Shown: positions 44,099 through 53,577 of the stretch, in pieces
Layout: every line of letters starts with the position of its first letter
Position numbering within the stretch: the stretch's first letter is position 1
NCBI GenBank assembly: GCA_036012755.1
Contig: DASCPX010000137.1
Span: 32,001 to 96,000 of the forward strand
Length of the DNA: 64,000 bases
Direction of reading: 5' to 3'
Origin: Myxococcota bacterium
GTDB taxonomy: Bacteria > Myxococcota_A > UBA796 > CAJQPC01
Notes under the pieces: generated by a model
Seen by the model: the letters and a program-made list of their open reading frames with translations, nothing else
Told to the model about the DNA's origin: nothing
The model's database searches: none
Program-made: the position numbers and the translations under genes

Positions 44099-45583
44099 AT
44101 GAAGGCCTTGCTCGAGCGCGTCCGGGATCTGGTCCAGGCCCGCTACCCGCTGCTCTATCTCCTCACCTACGAGGAGCAGCGCGTCGAGCGACATGTGCGC
44201 AGGCTCGGCAAGGACGAGGGCGTCCCGGTGCATCTCTGGCGAGCAACGAAGGGCCTCGAGAAGGGCTCGAAGGTCGCCTCTGGCACCGAAGACGCGCGAG
44301 GGCTCCTGCAACACGTCGCCGCCAGCCGTGAAAAGGGCCTGTTCCTGTTGCTCGACTTCCACGAAGAGCTCGGTGATCCCTGGGTGATCCGGCGGCTGAG
44401 GGACCTGGAGCCGCAGCTCGGCGCTCGGGGCCAGGCGCTCCTGGTGGTCAGTCCCCAGCTGGTCGTCCCGCGTGACCTCGACAAGGACATCATCGTCCTG
44501 GACGTCCCCCTCCCGTCTCGCGAAGAGGTCGGGAAGCTCCTGGCCGCGCTCTTGAGGAAGCGCAAGCAGAAGATGGACTCGGATCTCTTCGAGCGCTTCG
44601 TTGCGGCTTCGCTCGGGCTGACGGAGAAGGAGATCAAGCGAACCTACGCCCACATCTCTCTCTCCGGCGGCGAGTTCACAGCGGACCGCCTGTCCGACCT
44701 CGTCGAAGCCAAGCGACAGGCGATCCGCAAGTCGCGCTTCCTCGAGTTCTGGGACGAACCGGCCGGCATGGAGGCCGTCGGCGGGCTCGACAACCTCAAG
44801 GAGTGGCTCGGCCGGCGGGGCATGGCCTTCTCCGAGAGCGCTAGGGAGTTTGGCCTCCCCGAGCCCAAGGGCGTCTTCTTGCTCGGCGTGCAGGGCTGCG
44901 GCAAGTCGCTGACCGCGAAGTCGGTCGCCGGCATGTTCCACATCCCGCTTCTGCGCCTGGACGTCGCTGCGCTGTTCTCCGGTGGTGGCGCCTACGAGGA
45001 GTCCCTCCGCGACACGATCCGCGTCGCCGAGTCCATCGCCCCCGCGGTGCTCTGGATCGACGAGCTCGAGAAGGGCTTCCTCGGAGACCAGGGCTCCGCC
45101 GGGAGCGCTTTCGGGACCTTCCTCACCTGGCTGCAGGAGAAGACCAAGCCCGTCTTCGTGGTCGCCACCGCCAACGAGGTGCGCGCCTTGCCACCCGAGC
45201 TCCTCCGCAAGGGACGCTTCGACGAGGTCTTCTTCATCGACCTGCCCGATGTGCACGAGCGCCTGAGCATCTTCGACATCCACCTCGCCAATCGCGGACG
45301 TGACCCTGGCGAGTACGAACTCTTCCAGTGCGCCGAGGAGACCGAGAAGTACTCTGGCGCGGAGATCGAGCAGATCGTGGTCGAGGGCCTCTTCAACGCC
45401 TTCGCCGAGGAGCGCGAGGTCACCGCCCGAGATCTGCTGAAGGTCATCCGGGACACCGTGCCGCTCGCCATCACCATGGACGACAGGCTCAAGGAGCTCC
45501 GCGAGTGGGCGCGTCCTCGTACCCGCCCGGCCTCGTTGGATCGTCGCCGGATCGACTTCTTCGAAGACTTCCAGGAGGGCTGA
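44099..45583 (+). CDS. Ycf46-family AAA+ ATPase
   Basis: ARYPLLYLLTYEE.R; VGGLDNLKEW; GVQGCGKS; WIDELEK; LLRKGRFDE. Confidence 0.92.
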   Translation: MKALLERVRDLVQARYPLLYLLTYEEQRVERHVRRLGKDEGVPVHLWRATKGLEKGSKVASGTEDARGLLQHVAASREKGLFLLLDFHEELGDPWVIRRLRDLEPQLGARGQALLVVSPQLVVPRDLDKDIIVLDVPLPSREEVGKLLAALLRKRKQKMDSDLFERFVAASLGLTEKEIKRTYAHISLSGGEFTADRLSDLVEAKRQAIRKSRFLEFWDEPAGMEAVGGLDNLKEWLGRRGMAFSESAREFGLPEPKGVFLLGVQGCGKSLTAKSVAGMFHIPLLRLDVAALFSGGGAYEESLRDTIRVAESIAPAVLWIDELEKGFLGDQGSAGSAFGTFLTWLQEKTKPVFVVATANEVRALPPELLRKGRFDEVFFIDLPDVHERLSIFDIHLANRGRDPGEYELFQCAEETEKYSGAEIEQIVVEGLFNAFAEEREVTARDLLKVIRDTVPLAITMDDRLKELREWARPRTRPASLDRRRIDFFEDFQEG

Positions 45584-46585
45584 GTGGAGTGTGCCGTTGT
45601 CGGCGCCGGTTCTTTCGGGACCTGCCTCGCCATCCAGCTCGGGCGCCTCGACCACCGGGTGACGCTCTGGGATCACCGCGAGGACCGAGCCGCGGAGACC
45701 CAGCAGAAGCGCGAGAACCGCCAGTACCTGCCCGGCATCGTCCTGCCAGAGAGCGTCGAGGTCAGCCATCGCATCGACCATGTCCTCGCGGGCAAGCGCC
45801 TCGTCGTCGCGGTCGTGCCCTCCCAGTCGATGCGCGAGGTCTTCACGCAGGCGGCGCCCCACCTCGATGCGCACGCCATCGTCTGCTCCGCGGCGAAGGG
45901 CATCGAGAACAAGACCTACGACACGATGAGCGACGTGCTCACCGAAGTGCTCCCGGAGCGCCTCCACGATCGCATCTGCGCCCTGTCCGGTCCCAGCTTC
46001 GCGGCGGAGGTCGCCCGGGACATGCCCACCGCGGTCGTCGTGGCCGGGCGCGACGAGATCGCCACCCACCGCGTCGCGAGCGCCTTCCACGGCTCGAAGT
46101 TCCGCGTCTACCACTCAGAGGACCTCGTCGGGGTCCAGATCGGCGGTGCGCTGAAGAACATCATGGCCATCGCCTGTGGCATCTCGGACGGCATGGGGCT
46201 GGGCGACAACGCTCGCGCCGGCATCATCACGCGGGGCCTCGCCGAGATCACCCGGGTCGGTGTGGCCAAGGGCGCGAACCCGCTGACCTTCTCCGGGCTC
46301 GCCGGGCTGGGGGACCTCGTGCTCACCTGCACCGGCGATCTCTCGCGGAACCGGCGGGTGGGGTTGGCGCTGGGCGGGGGCAAGACCCTGACCCAGATCC
46401 TCGACGAGCTCGGGCAGGTCGCAGAGGGCGTCAAGACCGCTCGCAGCGCCTTCAACCTGGCGGGCAGGCTCGACGTCGAGCTGCCGATCACCGAGCAGAT
46501 CTACCGAATTCTCTACGAGGACAAGCCCGCCGCAGAGGCGATGATGGACCTGCTGGCCCGGCGCAGGAAGGCCGAGAGGGACTGA
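45584..46585 (+). CDS. gpsA: NAD(P)H-dependent glycerol-3-phosphate dehydrogenase
   Basis: GAGSFGT, KGIE, SGPSFA.EV, GGALKN, GLGDLVLTC..SRN. Confidence 0.97.
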   Translation: MECAVVGAGSFGTCLAIQLGRLDHRVTLWDHREDRAAETQQKRENRQYLPGIVLPESVEVSHRIDHVLAGKRLVVAVVPSQSMREVFTQAAPHLDAHAIVCSAAKGIENKTYDTMSDVLTEVLPERLHDRICALSGPSFAAEVARDMPTAVVVAGRDEIATHRVASAFHGSKFRVYHSEDLVGVQIGGALKNIMAIACGISDGMGLGDNARAGIITRGLAEITRVGVAKGANPLTFSGLAGLGDLVLTCTGDLSRNRRVGLALGGGKTLTQILDELGQVAEGVKTARSAFNLAGRLDVELPITEQIYRILYEDKPAAEAMMDLLARRRKAERD

Positions 46586-46586
46586 G

Positions 46587-47084
46587 ATGGTGATGGAGAT
46601 CCTGAAGGAGACCCGGATCTTCCAGGGGCTCTCGGAAGCGGACGCCATCACGCTCTTCGATGCCGGGAGGGTCTCTGGCCTGATGGCAGGGACCCAGCTC
46701 GTCCGGGCCGGTGAGCCTCCGGACGGCTTCTACGTGGTCGTGAGCGGGCGCTTCCACGTGCTCTCGCCACTGCATGGCGCCGCGATCGGCGACATCGGCG
46801 CCGGCGAGACCATCGGCGAGATGGGTCTCGTCACCCTGGCTCCTCGGAACGCAGACGTGGTCGCGGTCGAGCCCGCCACCGTCTGGCACCTCTCCGGGCG
46901 TGGCTTCGAGGGCTTGCTCGCGGTCGGAGATCCGCTGGCCTCGGCGATCCTGCTCGGCGTCAGCCAGGACCTCTGTCGCCGGTTTCGCGATGCCATCCTC
47001 GACGGCGCGGCGATGGTGCCGAAGATCGCGCGCTACCCGGAGGGCGTGGATCTCCTCGAGTCCCTCGGCTGGGGAGCGGATTGA
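46587..47084 (+). CDS. Cyclic-nucleotide-binding domain protein
   Basis: G..FYVVVSG; IGEMGL...PRNADV. Confidence 0.9.
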   Translation: MVMEILKETRIFQGLSEADAITLFDAGRVSGLMAGTQLVRAGEPPDGFYVVVSGRFHVLSPLHGAAIGDIGAGETIGEMGLVTLAPRNADVVAVEPATVWHLSGRGFEGLLAVGDPLASAILLGVSQDLCRRFRDAILDGAAMVPKIARYPEGVDLLESLGWGAD

Positions 47085-47103
47085 ACACCATGGGCTCAAG
47101 GCT

Positions 47104-47568
47104 GTGATCGAGCTCGCTCGCATCGAGTCCGCCGATGCGCTGGTCGTGCTCTCGGCCAAGGACATGGTCGCGCTCGCCGCGGTCCTGAGCCCCGTGTCCT
47201 TCGCCTCTGGCCAGGCTCTCGTCACCCAGGGGCGCCCGAGCGCCTCGGTCTACCTGCACCTGGAGGGCACGCTGAACGTGCGGCGCGAGGTCGCTGACGG
47301 CCTCGCCCTGCAGGGGAACATCCCGCGCGGTGAGTGGTTCGGCGTGCTCTCGGTCCTCGACGGGCAGGACGCCACCGCGAGCGTCTTCGCGTTGACCGAC
47401 GTCGAGGTCGCTGCGCTCGGGCGCGCCGACTTCGATAGGCTCCTGCAGAGGGAGGACGGCCTCCACCCCCGCCTGTTACGCGCATGGCTCCGCTCGCTCG
47501 GGATGCAGCTCGGGCGCGTGAACCGCGGGAACGAGGAGATCCTGAAGTTGGCTGCGAGTCTTCGATGA
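47104..47568 (+). CDS. Cyclic-nucleotide-binding domain protein
   Basis: QG..S.Y....G; GEWFG.LSV.DG..ATASV; start uncertain. Confidence 0.85.
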   Translation: MIELARIESADALVVLSAKDMVALAAVLSPVSFASGQALVTQGRPSASVYLHLEGTLNVRREVADGLALQGNIPRGEWFGVLSVLDGQDATASVFALTDVEVAALGRADFDRLLQREDGLHPRLLRAWLRSLGMQLGRVNRGNEEILKLAASLR

Positions 47569-48422
47569 GGGTCGAGCGCGAGCTGGGTGAGCAGATCGTC
47601 GCCTTCGGTCGGCTCTGCTACGAGCGCCACCTGCTCGTGGCGATGGACGGGAACCTCTCCGCGCGCCTGCCGGACGGCAACATCCTCTGCACCCAGGCGG
47701 GCTGTCACAAGGGCTTCCTCAACGAGGAACACCTCGTGGTCATCGACCCCAGCGGCAAGAAGCTCCGCGGCAAGGGGCGCCCGACCAGCGAGATGGCGAT
47801 GCACCTCGCCTGCTACCAGGAGCGGCCCGACATCTCGGCGGTCATCCACGCCCACCCGCCGATCTCCATCGCTTTCACCATCGCGGACCAGTCGCTGGCC
47901 CAGTGCATCCTGCCAGAGGTCGTGCTCACCCTCGGGACCGTGCCGACCGTCGACTACGAGACCACCGGGACCCAGGATCTCGCTGAGAAGATCCGGCCCT
48001 ACATCCGCACCCGCGACGCGATCCTGATGGACCGGCACGGGGCGGTCTCCCTCGGCCGCGATCTGCTAGAGGCCTTCTGCCGGCTGGAGACCTTGGAGCA
48101 CACCGCCTTCATCACCAAGACCGCCCGCGACCTGGGGCGGGTGAAGGAGCTCCCGAGAGACGAGGCCGTGAAGCTCCGCTCGATGGGCCTCAAGCGCTAC
48201 GGCGGTCCTCCGGAGGCGGTGGCGAAGGCCGACGAGCCCGGCGCCGACCTGCCAGAAGCCTGCGTGGGCTGCACGGGCTGCAGCCTCCCCACCCCGCGCG
48301 GCATCGGTCCCAAGGCCGACTTCGAGATCATCCGGGTGCTCTCGGAGGTCGGTCCGCCGCCAGTCGACAAGGGCGTCGAGAGCATCGTGATCGAGGAAGT
48401 GTTGAAGGCCCTGAAGAACTGA
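47565..48422 (+). CDS. Class II aldolase/adducin-family protein with C-terminal extension
   Basis: DGNLS, PTSEMAMH, VIHAHPP, HG motifs; tail CxxCxxC and VESIVIEEVLKAL. Confidence 0.93.
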   Translation: MRVERELGEQIVAFGRLCYERHLLVAMDGNLSARLPDGNILCTQAGCHKGFLNEEHLVVIDPSGKKLRGKGRPTSEMAMHLACYQERPDISAVIHAHPPISIAFTIADQSLAQCILPEVVLTLGTVPTVDYETTGTQDLAEKIRPYIRTRDAILMDRHGAVSLGRDLLEAFCRLETLEHTAFITKTARDLGRVKELPRDEAVKLRSMGLKRYGGPPEAVAKADEPGADLPEACVGCTGCSLPTPRGIGPKADFEIIRVLSEVGPPPVDKGVESIVIEEVLKALKN

Positions 48423-48448
48423 GTCCCACCTGCGAGACCTCCTCGAAC

Positions 48449-48485
48449 AGTAACGCGTGACGACAGTATCGCGTGGCGTTACTAT
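48449..48485 (+). promoter_or_regulatory. Operator palindrome AGTAACGC-N19-GCGTTACT overlapping a promoter (GTGACG-N17-TACTAT)
   Basis: Perfect 8-bp arms; the -10 box lies 6 nt before the ATG. Confidence 0.7.
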
Positions 48486-48491
48486 CGGGGC

Positions 48492-48971
48492 ATGGAACAC
48501 CCCGGCATCACCCTCAAGGAGAAGTTCTTCCAGCCCCTGGGGCTCACGAACTACGCGGTCGCCAAGGCGATCCACGTTCCCCAGACGCGCCTGTCCCAGA
48601 TCACGCGCGGCAAGCGGCGGATCTCAGCGGACACGGCTCGACGGCTGGGCGTGTTCTTCGGGGTGCCGGCTCGCTGGTTCCTGCAGCTCCAGCTCGAGTA
48701 CGACCTGCACGTCCTGGGCGAGTTGGTGATCGACGAGCCGATCGCGCTCTTCCAGCACCCCGACGCACTGATCATGCCGTCCGGGGTGCGGCTGCTGGAG
48801 CCCGAACGACGTCGAAGGCCTCCTGGTCCTCGACTCGTCGAGGTACCAAGGCGACTCGCCGCTCAGCTCGAAGCCGAGTCAGAGGCCATTGGCCCGCGAA
48901 AGCGCCGCGAAGTCCACGAGGTCCGGTATCCAAACGGCATGAGAGGACTGGTCGGGGTGGACGATGTCTGA
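48492..48971 (+). CDS. HigA-family HTH antitoxin/regulator with C-terminal extension
   Basis: HPG..L...F..PLGL; RISADTARRL..FFG...W..LQ..YDL. Confidence 0.88.
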   Translation: MEHPGITLKEKFFQPLGLTNYAVAKAIHVPQTRLSQITRGKRRISADTARRLGVFFGVPARWFLQLQLEYDLHVLGELVIDEPIALFQHPDALIMPSGVRLLEPERRRRPPGPRLVEVPRRLAAQLEAESEAIGPRKRREVHEVRYPNGMRGLVGVDDV

Positions 48972-49476
48972 GTTTCAAGCGCTCCGGGAGAGTGTGTCTC
49001 CCCGCGTTCTCTCTGATGCCGCGCGAGTCGGGCGCCTGCTTCGAGAGCTCCGAGTGCCACATGTCCTGATCGGAGGACTCGCGGTGGGTCTCAACGGCTT
49101 CCCGCGTGCGACGAAGGACGTCGACTACATGGTCGGGCCCGAGGCCTTCGCCACGACGTCGCCCTTCCTTGTCTACCGAGAGGAGCTCGCGGGTGAGGTG
49201 ACCATGGGCGTGGTCGACCTGCTCGCCGTTCCGGAGGCGTACCCCGGTCTCGCGGCCTTCCTCGTCTTGCCGCAGGAAGACCGGGTTCCCGTGTTGCCGG
49301 TGGAAGCGCTCATTCTGATGAAGCTCGATGCCAACCGACCGCACGATCGCGCGGACGTCTCCCGGCTCCTGAGAGCAGGCGCGTCGGTCGCCGCTGTCAC
49401 CCGGTTCCTTCGCGCCCAGGCTCCGGCGTTGCTGGCATCTTTCGGCGAGATCGTCGAGCAAACACCAGGAGTGTGA
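48964..49476 (+). CDS. Pol-beta-superfamily nucleotidyltransferase (putative toxin)
   Basis: IGGLAV...PRATKDVD; LILMKL..NR.HD.ADV. Confidence 0.8.
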   Translation: MSEFQALRESVSPRVLSDAARVGRLLRELRVPHVLIGGLAVGLNGFPRATKDVDYMVGPEAFATTSPFLVYREELAGEVTMGVVDLLAVPEAYPGLAAFLVLPQEDRVPVLPVEALILMKLDANRPHDRADVSRLLRAGASVAAVTRFLRAQAPALLASFGEIVEQTPGV

Positions 49477-50734
49477 GCAGCCAGGGCGCCGTCGCCCCGA
49501 GCCCACTCGAGCAGCCGCAGCCTCCGGGGTCTTCACCTCCAGGCGGGTCCGGGCGGCTGTCGATCCCGGTGTCGCCGGTGTCGCCGGTGTCGCCGGTGTC
49601 ACCTGACTCGGCCAGGGAGATCGTGATGCTGCGCTGAGCTGGGGTGTCGTCCCCGTCGAACTCCGGCGGCCCGAAGTTGAAGACCAGGATGGTCTCGCCC
49701 GCGTGGACCTCTGTCGGGGTGACGAGCTCCAGCTCGCGGCCCACGCTGACCACCGCCCACTCGACGCCGTCCTCGCCGTCGATAGCCAGGGTGCCGTCCG
49801 CTTCGATGTCCACGGCCACGAAGCCCCAGTCGTAGACGCCGTAGGCGGGATCCAGCGACTCGCCGACCGCCAGGGCGCCCTCGATGCCAAGGGGCGCGTC
49901 CGGGTAGGTCTCCTGGGCCCACTCGGGGGCCTCGGAGGTGCCCATCTTCGCCCGCCGGACGCCAAAGTCGATCCAGTACTGCTTCGCGTCCCCCGTGAGC
50001 TCCTCGAGGGCGTCGAGGGCGTCGGGCTCGTTCTTGGGGGTGGCGTTCACCATCGCCCACCAGAAGTCCGAGGCGGTGATGCCGTGTTCCTCGCGCAGAT
50101 CGTCGAAGAAGAGCACGCTGCCGTACTCGTAGTACGACCAGATCTTGTACTCGTCCCAGAGCCACCAGCCGTCCAGCAAGAAGCCCACCCAGGGGGTCTT
50201 GTTGTAGTCCGGAGCCACCGTTGGTCCGCTGCCGTTGCCCGGGTAGGTCAGCTCCTCGGCCCGGGTCGCGGCGCCCTCCCACGCCGGCAGCGTCGGCTCG
50301 GTGAAGTCGGTCGCGAACTGCAGGACGTGGTTGAACTCGTGGGCGACGTAGTCGGCGTACTCGTCCGGGTCGATGCCCGGGTCCAGCACCATGTGGGACC
50401 AGGCCCCGCGGCGATCGTCGTCCGGGTCCGCGTCGACGTAGGTGGAGTCGACATAGGCGCCGCCCTCGGCGTCCTTGCTGATGTAGACATCGAGCCCGTC
50501 GGTGCCGCCCTCGCCCTCGTCGGAGAAGGGCTCTGGCCAGCCGGAGCCGACCTGGGCATCCCAGCTGACGCCAAGGACCTCGAAGACCTTCGCGCAGCGG
50601 TCGGCGTGAGCCTCTCGGTTGTAGTGGCAGCGGGCTCCCGTGACCGCGTCGTCCTCGTAGCCGATGCTGTCGGGGCGCGGCTCTGGAGCCAGGAAGATGC
50701 CCTGCGCGATAAGCAGGGTCTTGCAGTCGACCAC
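49397..50734 (-). CDS. Zinc metalloprotease with MYXO-CTERM-like sorting tail
   Basis: AHEFNH and WEGAA; C-terminal GGCGC-hydrophobic-RRSRR. Confidence 0.8.
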   Translation of the reverse strand: MVDCKTLLIAQGIFLAPEPRPDSIGYEDDAVTGARCHYNREAHADRCAKVFEVLGVSWDAQVGSGWPEPFSDEGEGGTDGLDVYISKDAEGGAYVDSTYVDADPDDDRRGAWSHMVLDPGIDPDEYADYVAHEFNHVLQFATDFTEPTLPAWEGAATRAEELTYPGNGSGPTVAPDYNKTPWVGFLLDGWWLWDEYKIWSYYEYGSVLFFDDLREEHGITASDFWWAMVNATPKNEPDALDALEELTGDAKQYWIDFGVRRAKMGTSEAPEWAQETYPDAPLGIEGALAVGESLDPAYGVYDWGFVAVDIEADGTLAIDGEDGVEWAVVSVGRELELVTPTEVHAGETILVFNFGPPEFDGDDTPAQRSITISLAESGDTGDTGDTGDTGIDSRPDPPGGEDPGGCGCSSGLGATAPWLLTLLVFARRSRRKMPATPEPGREGTG

Positions 50735-50748
50735 TTTGGACCTCCACC

Positions 50749-51129
50749 ATGCTCTGGCTCATCATCGCCTGCCGCGGGCTCGCGGTGAACGACGTCACCA
50801 GCGGCGAGAGCGAGGCCTATCCGGAACTCCGGTCACTCTATCCGACCGTCTCCGTTTCGGCGGCCATGAAGAGGGCACGCGCGGTCGCCGCCGAGATGCC
50901 GGGCTGGACCTGCGAGGAGCCCGAGCCCTTCGAGCTCCACTGCGAGGTCACGACGCCCACCCTGGGCTTCGTCGATGACGTGTGGATCACCGTCGAGGAG
51001 TACGGGCCGAAGGTGAGCCGCGTGAAGGTGCGCTCCGCGTCGCGGGTCGGGCGAGGGGATCTCGGCGCCAACGCGGCGCGGATCAGGGCCTTCCAGGAGG
51101 CCTACCTGAGCTACTCGCTGGAGGAGTAG
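50749..51129 (+). CDS. DUF1499-like lipoprotein
   Basis: GFVDDV, VRSASRVGRGDLGANAARI. Confidence 0.9.
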   Translation: MLWLIIACRGLAVNDVTSGESEAYPELRSLYPTVSVSAAMKRARAVAAEMPGWTCEEPEPFELHCEVTTPTLGFVDDVWITVEEYGPKVSRVKVRSASRVGRGDLGANAARIRAFQEAYLSYSLEE

Positions 51130-51866
51130 CTCGTGTCGCGGCTGACGCGGACCACGTCGAGCTCACCAGCGAAGCTCCCCATCCCCATCATGTCGCCGTC
51201 GAAGACGCCGAAGAACTGGCCGTCTTCCGTGACGTCGCCGCTGAAGTCCATCGGCAGCACGTAGCCGTAGATCTCGACCGCGATGGTGCCGTAGAGAACG
51301 CCGCGGTCGTTCTCCACGTCGAGGACGAAGGCGCTGTCGAGGTCGTAGCCCTGGAAGCTCAAGAGGCAGCTGGCGTCGCCGTCGACCTGGTCGCCGTAGG
51401 CATCGATGATGATCGTCGAGGCTCCAGCGCAGCCCACCGTGTAGGTGTCGTAGGTCATGTCGACGCTCATGGTGCCGGCGTAGGTCCCCGCGTAGACGCT
51501 CTGGATGAGCACCCCACCGACCGTGTAGGCCAGGCGGTCGCCGTTGGGCAGGGTCGTCATCGCCGTGATGGCATGGGTGCCGACGTCCATCGTGTCGTCG
51601 TCGAAGCTCGCGCCGATGTTCTCCCAGCCGCCGATGTCAGAGGACCACTGGATGTCCTCGAACTCCAGGCTGTTGCCTTCTGCGTCGACGACGCGGGCCT
51701 CGAAGTGACCGCCGTCCTCCCATGAGATGAAGCTGCCCGGGGTCGGCGAGTCGACCATCAAGGTGGCGCTGTCCCAGGCTTCGTCGACGACTTCGTCCTC
51801 GAAGCCGCCGTCCTCGACGACCAGGTAGTCACTGCTGCAGGCGATGAGTGAAGTGAGTGCGAGCAT
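51111..51866 (-). CDS. Hypothetical lipoprotein
   Basis: MLALTSLIAC; Ig-like WSSD segment. Confidence 0.8.
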   Translation of the reverse strand: MLALTSLIACSSDYLVVEDGGFEDEVVDEAWDSATLMVDSPTPGSFISWEDGGHFEARVVDAEGNSLEFEDIQWSSDIGGWENIGASFDDDTMDVGTHAITAMTTLPNGDRLAYTVGGVLIQSVYAGTYAGTMSVDMTYDTYTVGCAGASTIIIDAYGDQVDGDASCLLSFQGYDLDSAFVLDVENDRGVLYGTIAVEIYGYVLPMDFSGDVTEDGQFFGVFDGDMMGMGSFAGELDVVRVSRDTSYSSSE

Positions 51867-51918
51867 CGGAGCCTTCCGTGCAGTGCGCAAACGTACCCCG
51901 GCCCATGTCCGGGTGTCG

Positions 51919-53508
51919 TCAAGTCTCTCCGAGCTCCCCGCGTATCCGTGCCCGCAGCATTTCCGGGGCGATCGGCTTCTCCAGCACCCGCTCAGCGTGC
52001 TCCTCGGAGAAGCGTCGGGTGCGCTCGGTGAAGGCTCCGCCGGTGATGAAGAGCATGCGGTCGGCGAGCTCGGGGTAGTCGGCGGAGAGCGCCTCGAAGA
52101 GGTCCACCCCCGAGATGTCGGACATCATCAGGTCGCAGAGGATGAGGTCCGGGCGCTCTCCCGCCTGGATCTGCTCCAGGGCCACGCGTCCGGAGGAGGC
52201 CGCCGAGAAGGAGCGGACCTGGCGAAGCACCCGGCGGAGGCTGTTGATCAACGAGGGCTCGTCGTCCACCACCAGGATGGAGGCCTCGCCCAGCACGTCA
52301 CATCCCTCCTCGTCGGGCAGGAGCGCGAAGCTCGTGTTCACCACCGGCGCGATGGCCGGGAGCCGGACGACCACCGTCGTTCCGGCCTCGCTGACGATGT
52401 CGATCTCGCCTTCGTGGCGCCGCAGGATCTCGCGGCAGACGGCGAGGCCCAGGCCCGTGCGGGCGCCGGTCGGGCGTTCGTTCTCGAGGACGGGGTCCCA
52501 GATGCGGGTCAGGGTCTCCTCGTCGAGCTGTGAGCTCGTGTCACTGAACCGCACGACCACCCACTCGCCTTCGCCGCGGCAGTTCACGAGGAAGACACGG
52601 TCCGAGTTGGTGTCGTTGCCGAGGTGGAGGAGGAAGCTCAGGACGTGGATGAAGACCTGCGAGATCCGGCCAGGAGCACACAGGACCGGGGGCACCCGCT
52701 CGATGGTGGTCTCGACCCGGCCGCGGTAGCGCATCTCGTTCTGGACCAGGCCGAGGGAGCGCTCGAGCAGCCGGCGCACGTCGGAGGGGACCTGGTCGTC
52801 GTCGTCCGTGCGCGAGAAGCCCTTGAGGTCCTGCATGATGTTCCGGATGCGCGCCATGCCCGCCAGGCTCTCGTGCATCATCATGAGCGACTCTGGGATG
52901 ACCTCCGGGTAGTTGGCCTGGTCGGAGAGCCGCTGGATCCTGAAGAGCTGCTCTTCGGTCCCGCTGGTGACCGCGGCCTCCATGCATGCCTTCAGGAGCT
53001 CTCGCAGATCGCGGATGCTTGCCTTGAGCTCCTCCAGGTTCGCGACGACGAAGGCGCTCGGGTTGTTGATCTCGTGGGCCACGCCGGCCGCCAGCTGTCC
53101 GACGATCGCGAGGCGCTCCCGCTCCACCAGGGCGGCCTGGGTGGCCGCGAGGCGCATTCGGACCTCGTCCGCGGTGGCGGCGTCGGGGCCCTTCCGCTTG
53201 ACCGCTCCGAGGCAGGCCTCTTCGGCGGCTGTCGGTGGCACGTAGTCCGCGGCCCCCGCCTTCATCACGGCGACCGCCTCGGCCACGCTCGGTCGATCCG
53301 AGCAGACCACCACCGGCACGTCGCCGGCCTTCTCTATGAGCCCAGCGAGGTCGTCGCTGCGGCTGTGTACGAGCACGACATCGACGATGCCCGTGTCCAG
53401 CAGGCGAACTACATCTTTCATCCGCGTCAGCTGAGTCGCGTCCGCGAGCGTCCAGTTGATGCGAGGTGCCCCGTCCGGGTGGACCTCGAGAATTCGCTTC
53501 CTGGCCAA
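51919..53508 (-). CDS. Hybrid histidine kinase/response regulator with degenerate ATPase boxes
   Basis: H-box AGVAHEINNP; intact C-terminal receiver (VVDDE, CDLMM, KP). Confidence 0.9.
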   Translation of the reverse strand: MARKRILEVHPDGAPRINWTLADATQLTRMKDVVRLLDTGIVDVVLVHSRSDDLAGLIEKAGDVPVVVCSDRPSVAEAVAVMKAGAADYVPPTAAEEACLGAVKRKGPDAATADEVRMRLAATQAALVERERLAIVGQLAAGVAHEINNPSAFVVANLEELKASIRDLRELLKACMEAAVTSGTEEQLFRIQRLSDQANYPEVIPESLMMMHESLAGMARIRNIMQDLKGFSRTDDDDQVPSDVRRLLERSLGLVQNEMRYRGRVETTIERVPPVLCAPGRISQVFIHVLSFLLHLGNDTNSDRVFLVNCRGEGEWVVVRFSDTSSQLDEETLTRIWDPVLENERPTGARTGLGLAVCREILRRHEGEIDIVSEAGTTVVVRLPAIAPVVNTSFALLPDEEGCDVLGEASILVVDDEPSLINSLRRVLRQVRSFSAASSGRVALEQIQAGERPDLILCDLMMSDISGVDLFEALSADYPELADRMLFITGGAFTERTRRFSEEHAERVLEKPIAPEMLRARIRGELGET

Positions 53509-53577
53509 TTGTCGGGCCTCGTGCCTGCGCCAGCGTACCGGATTGCCCCGCTTCGAAGCCGAAGTTAGCCGCTCCAG

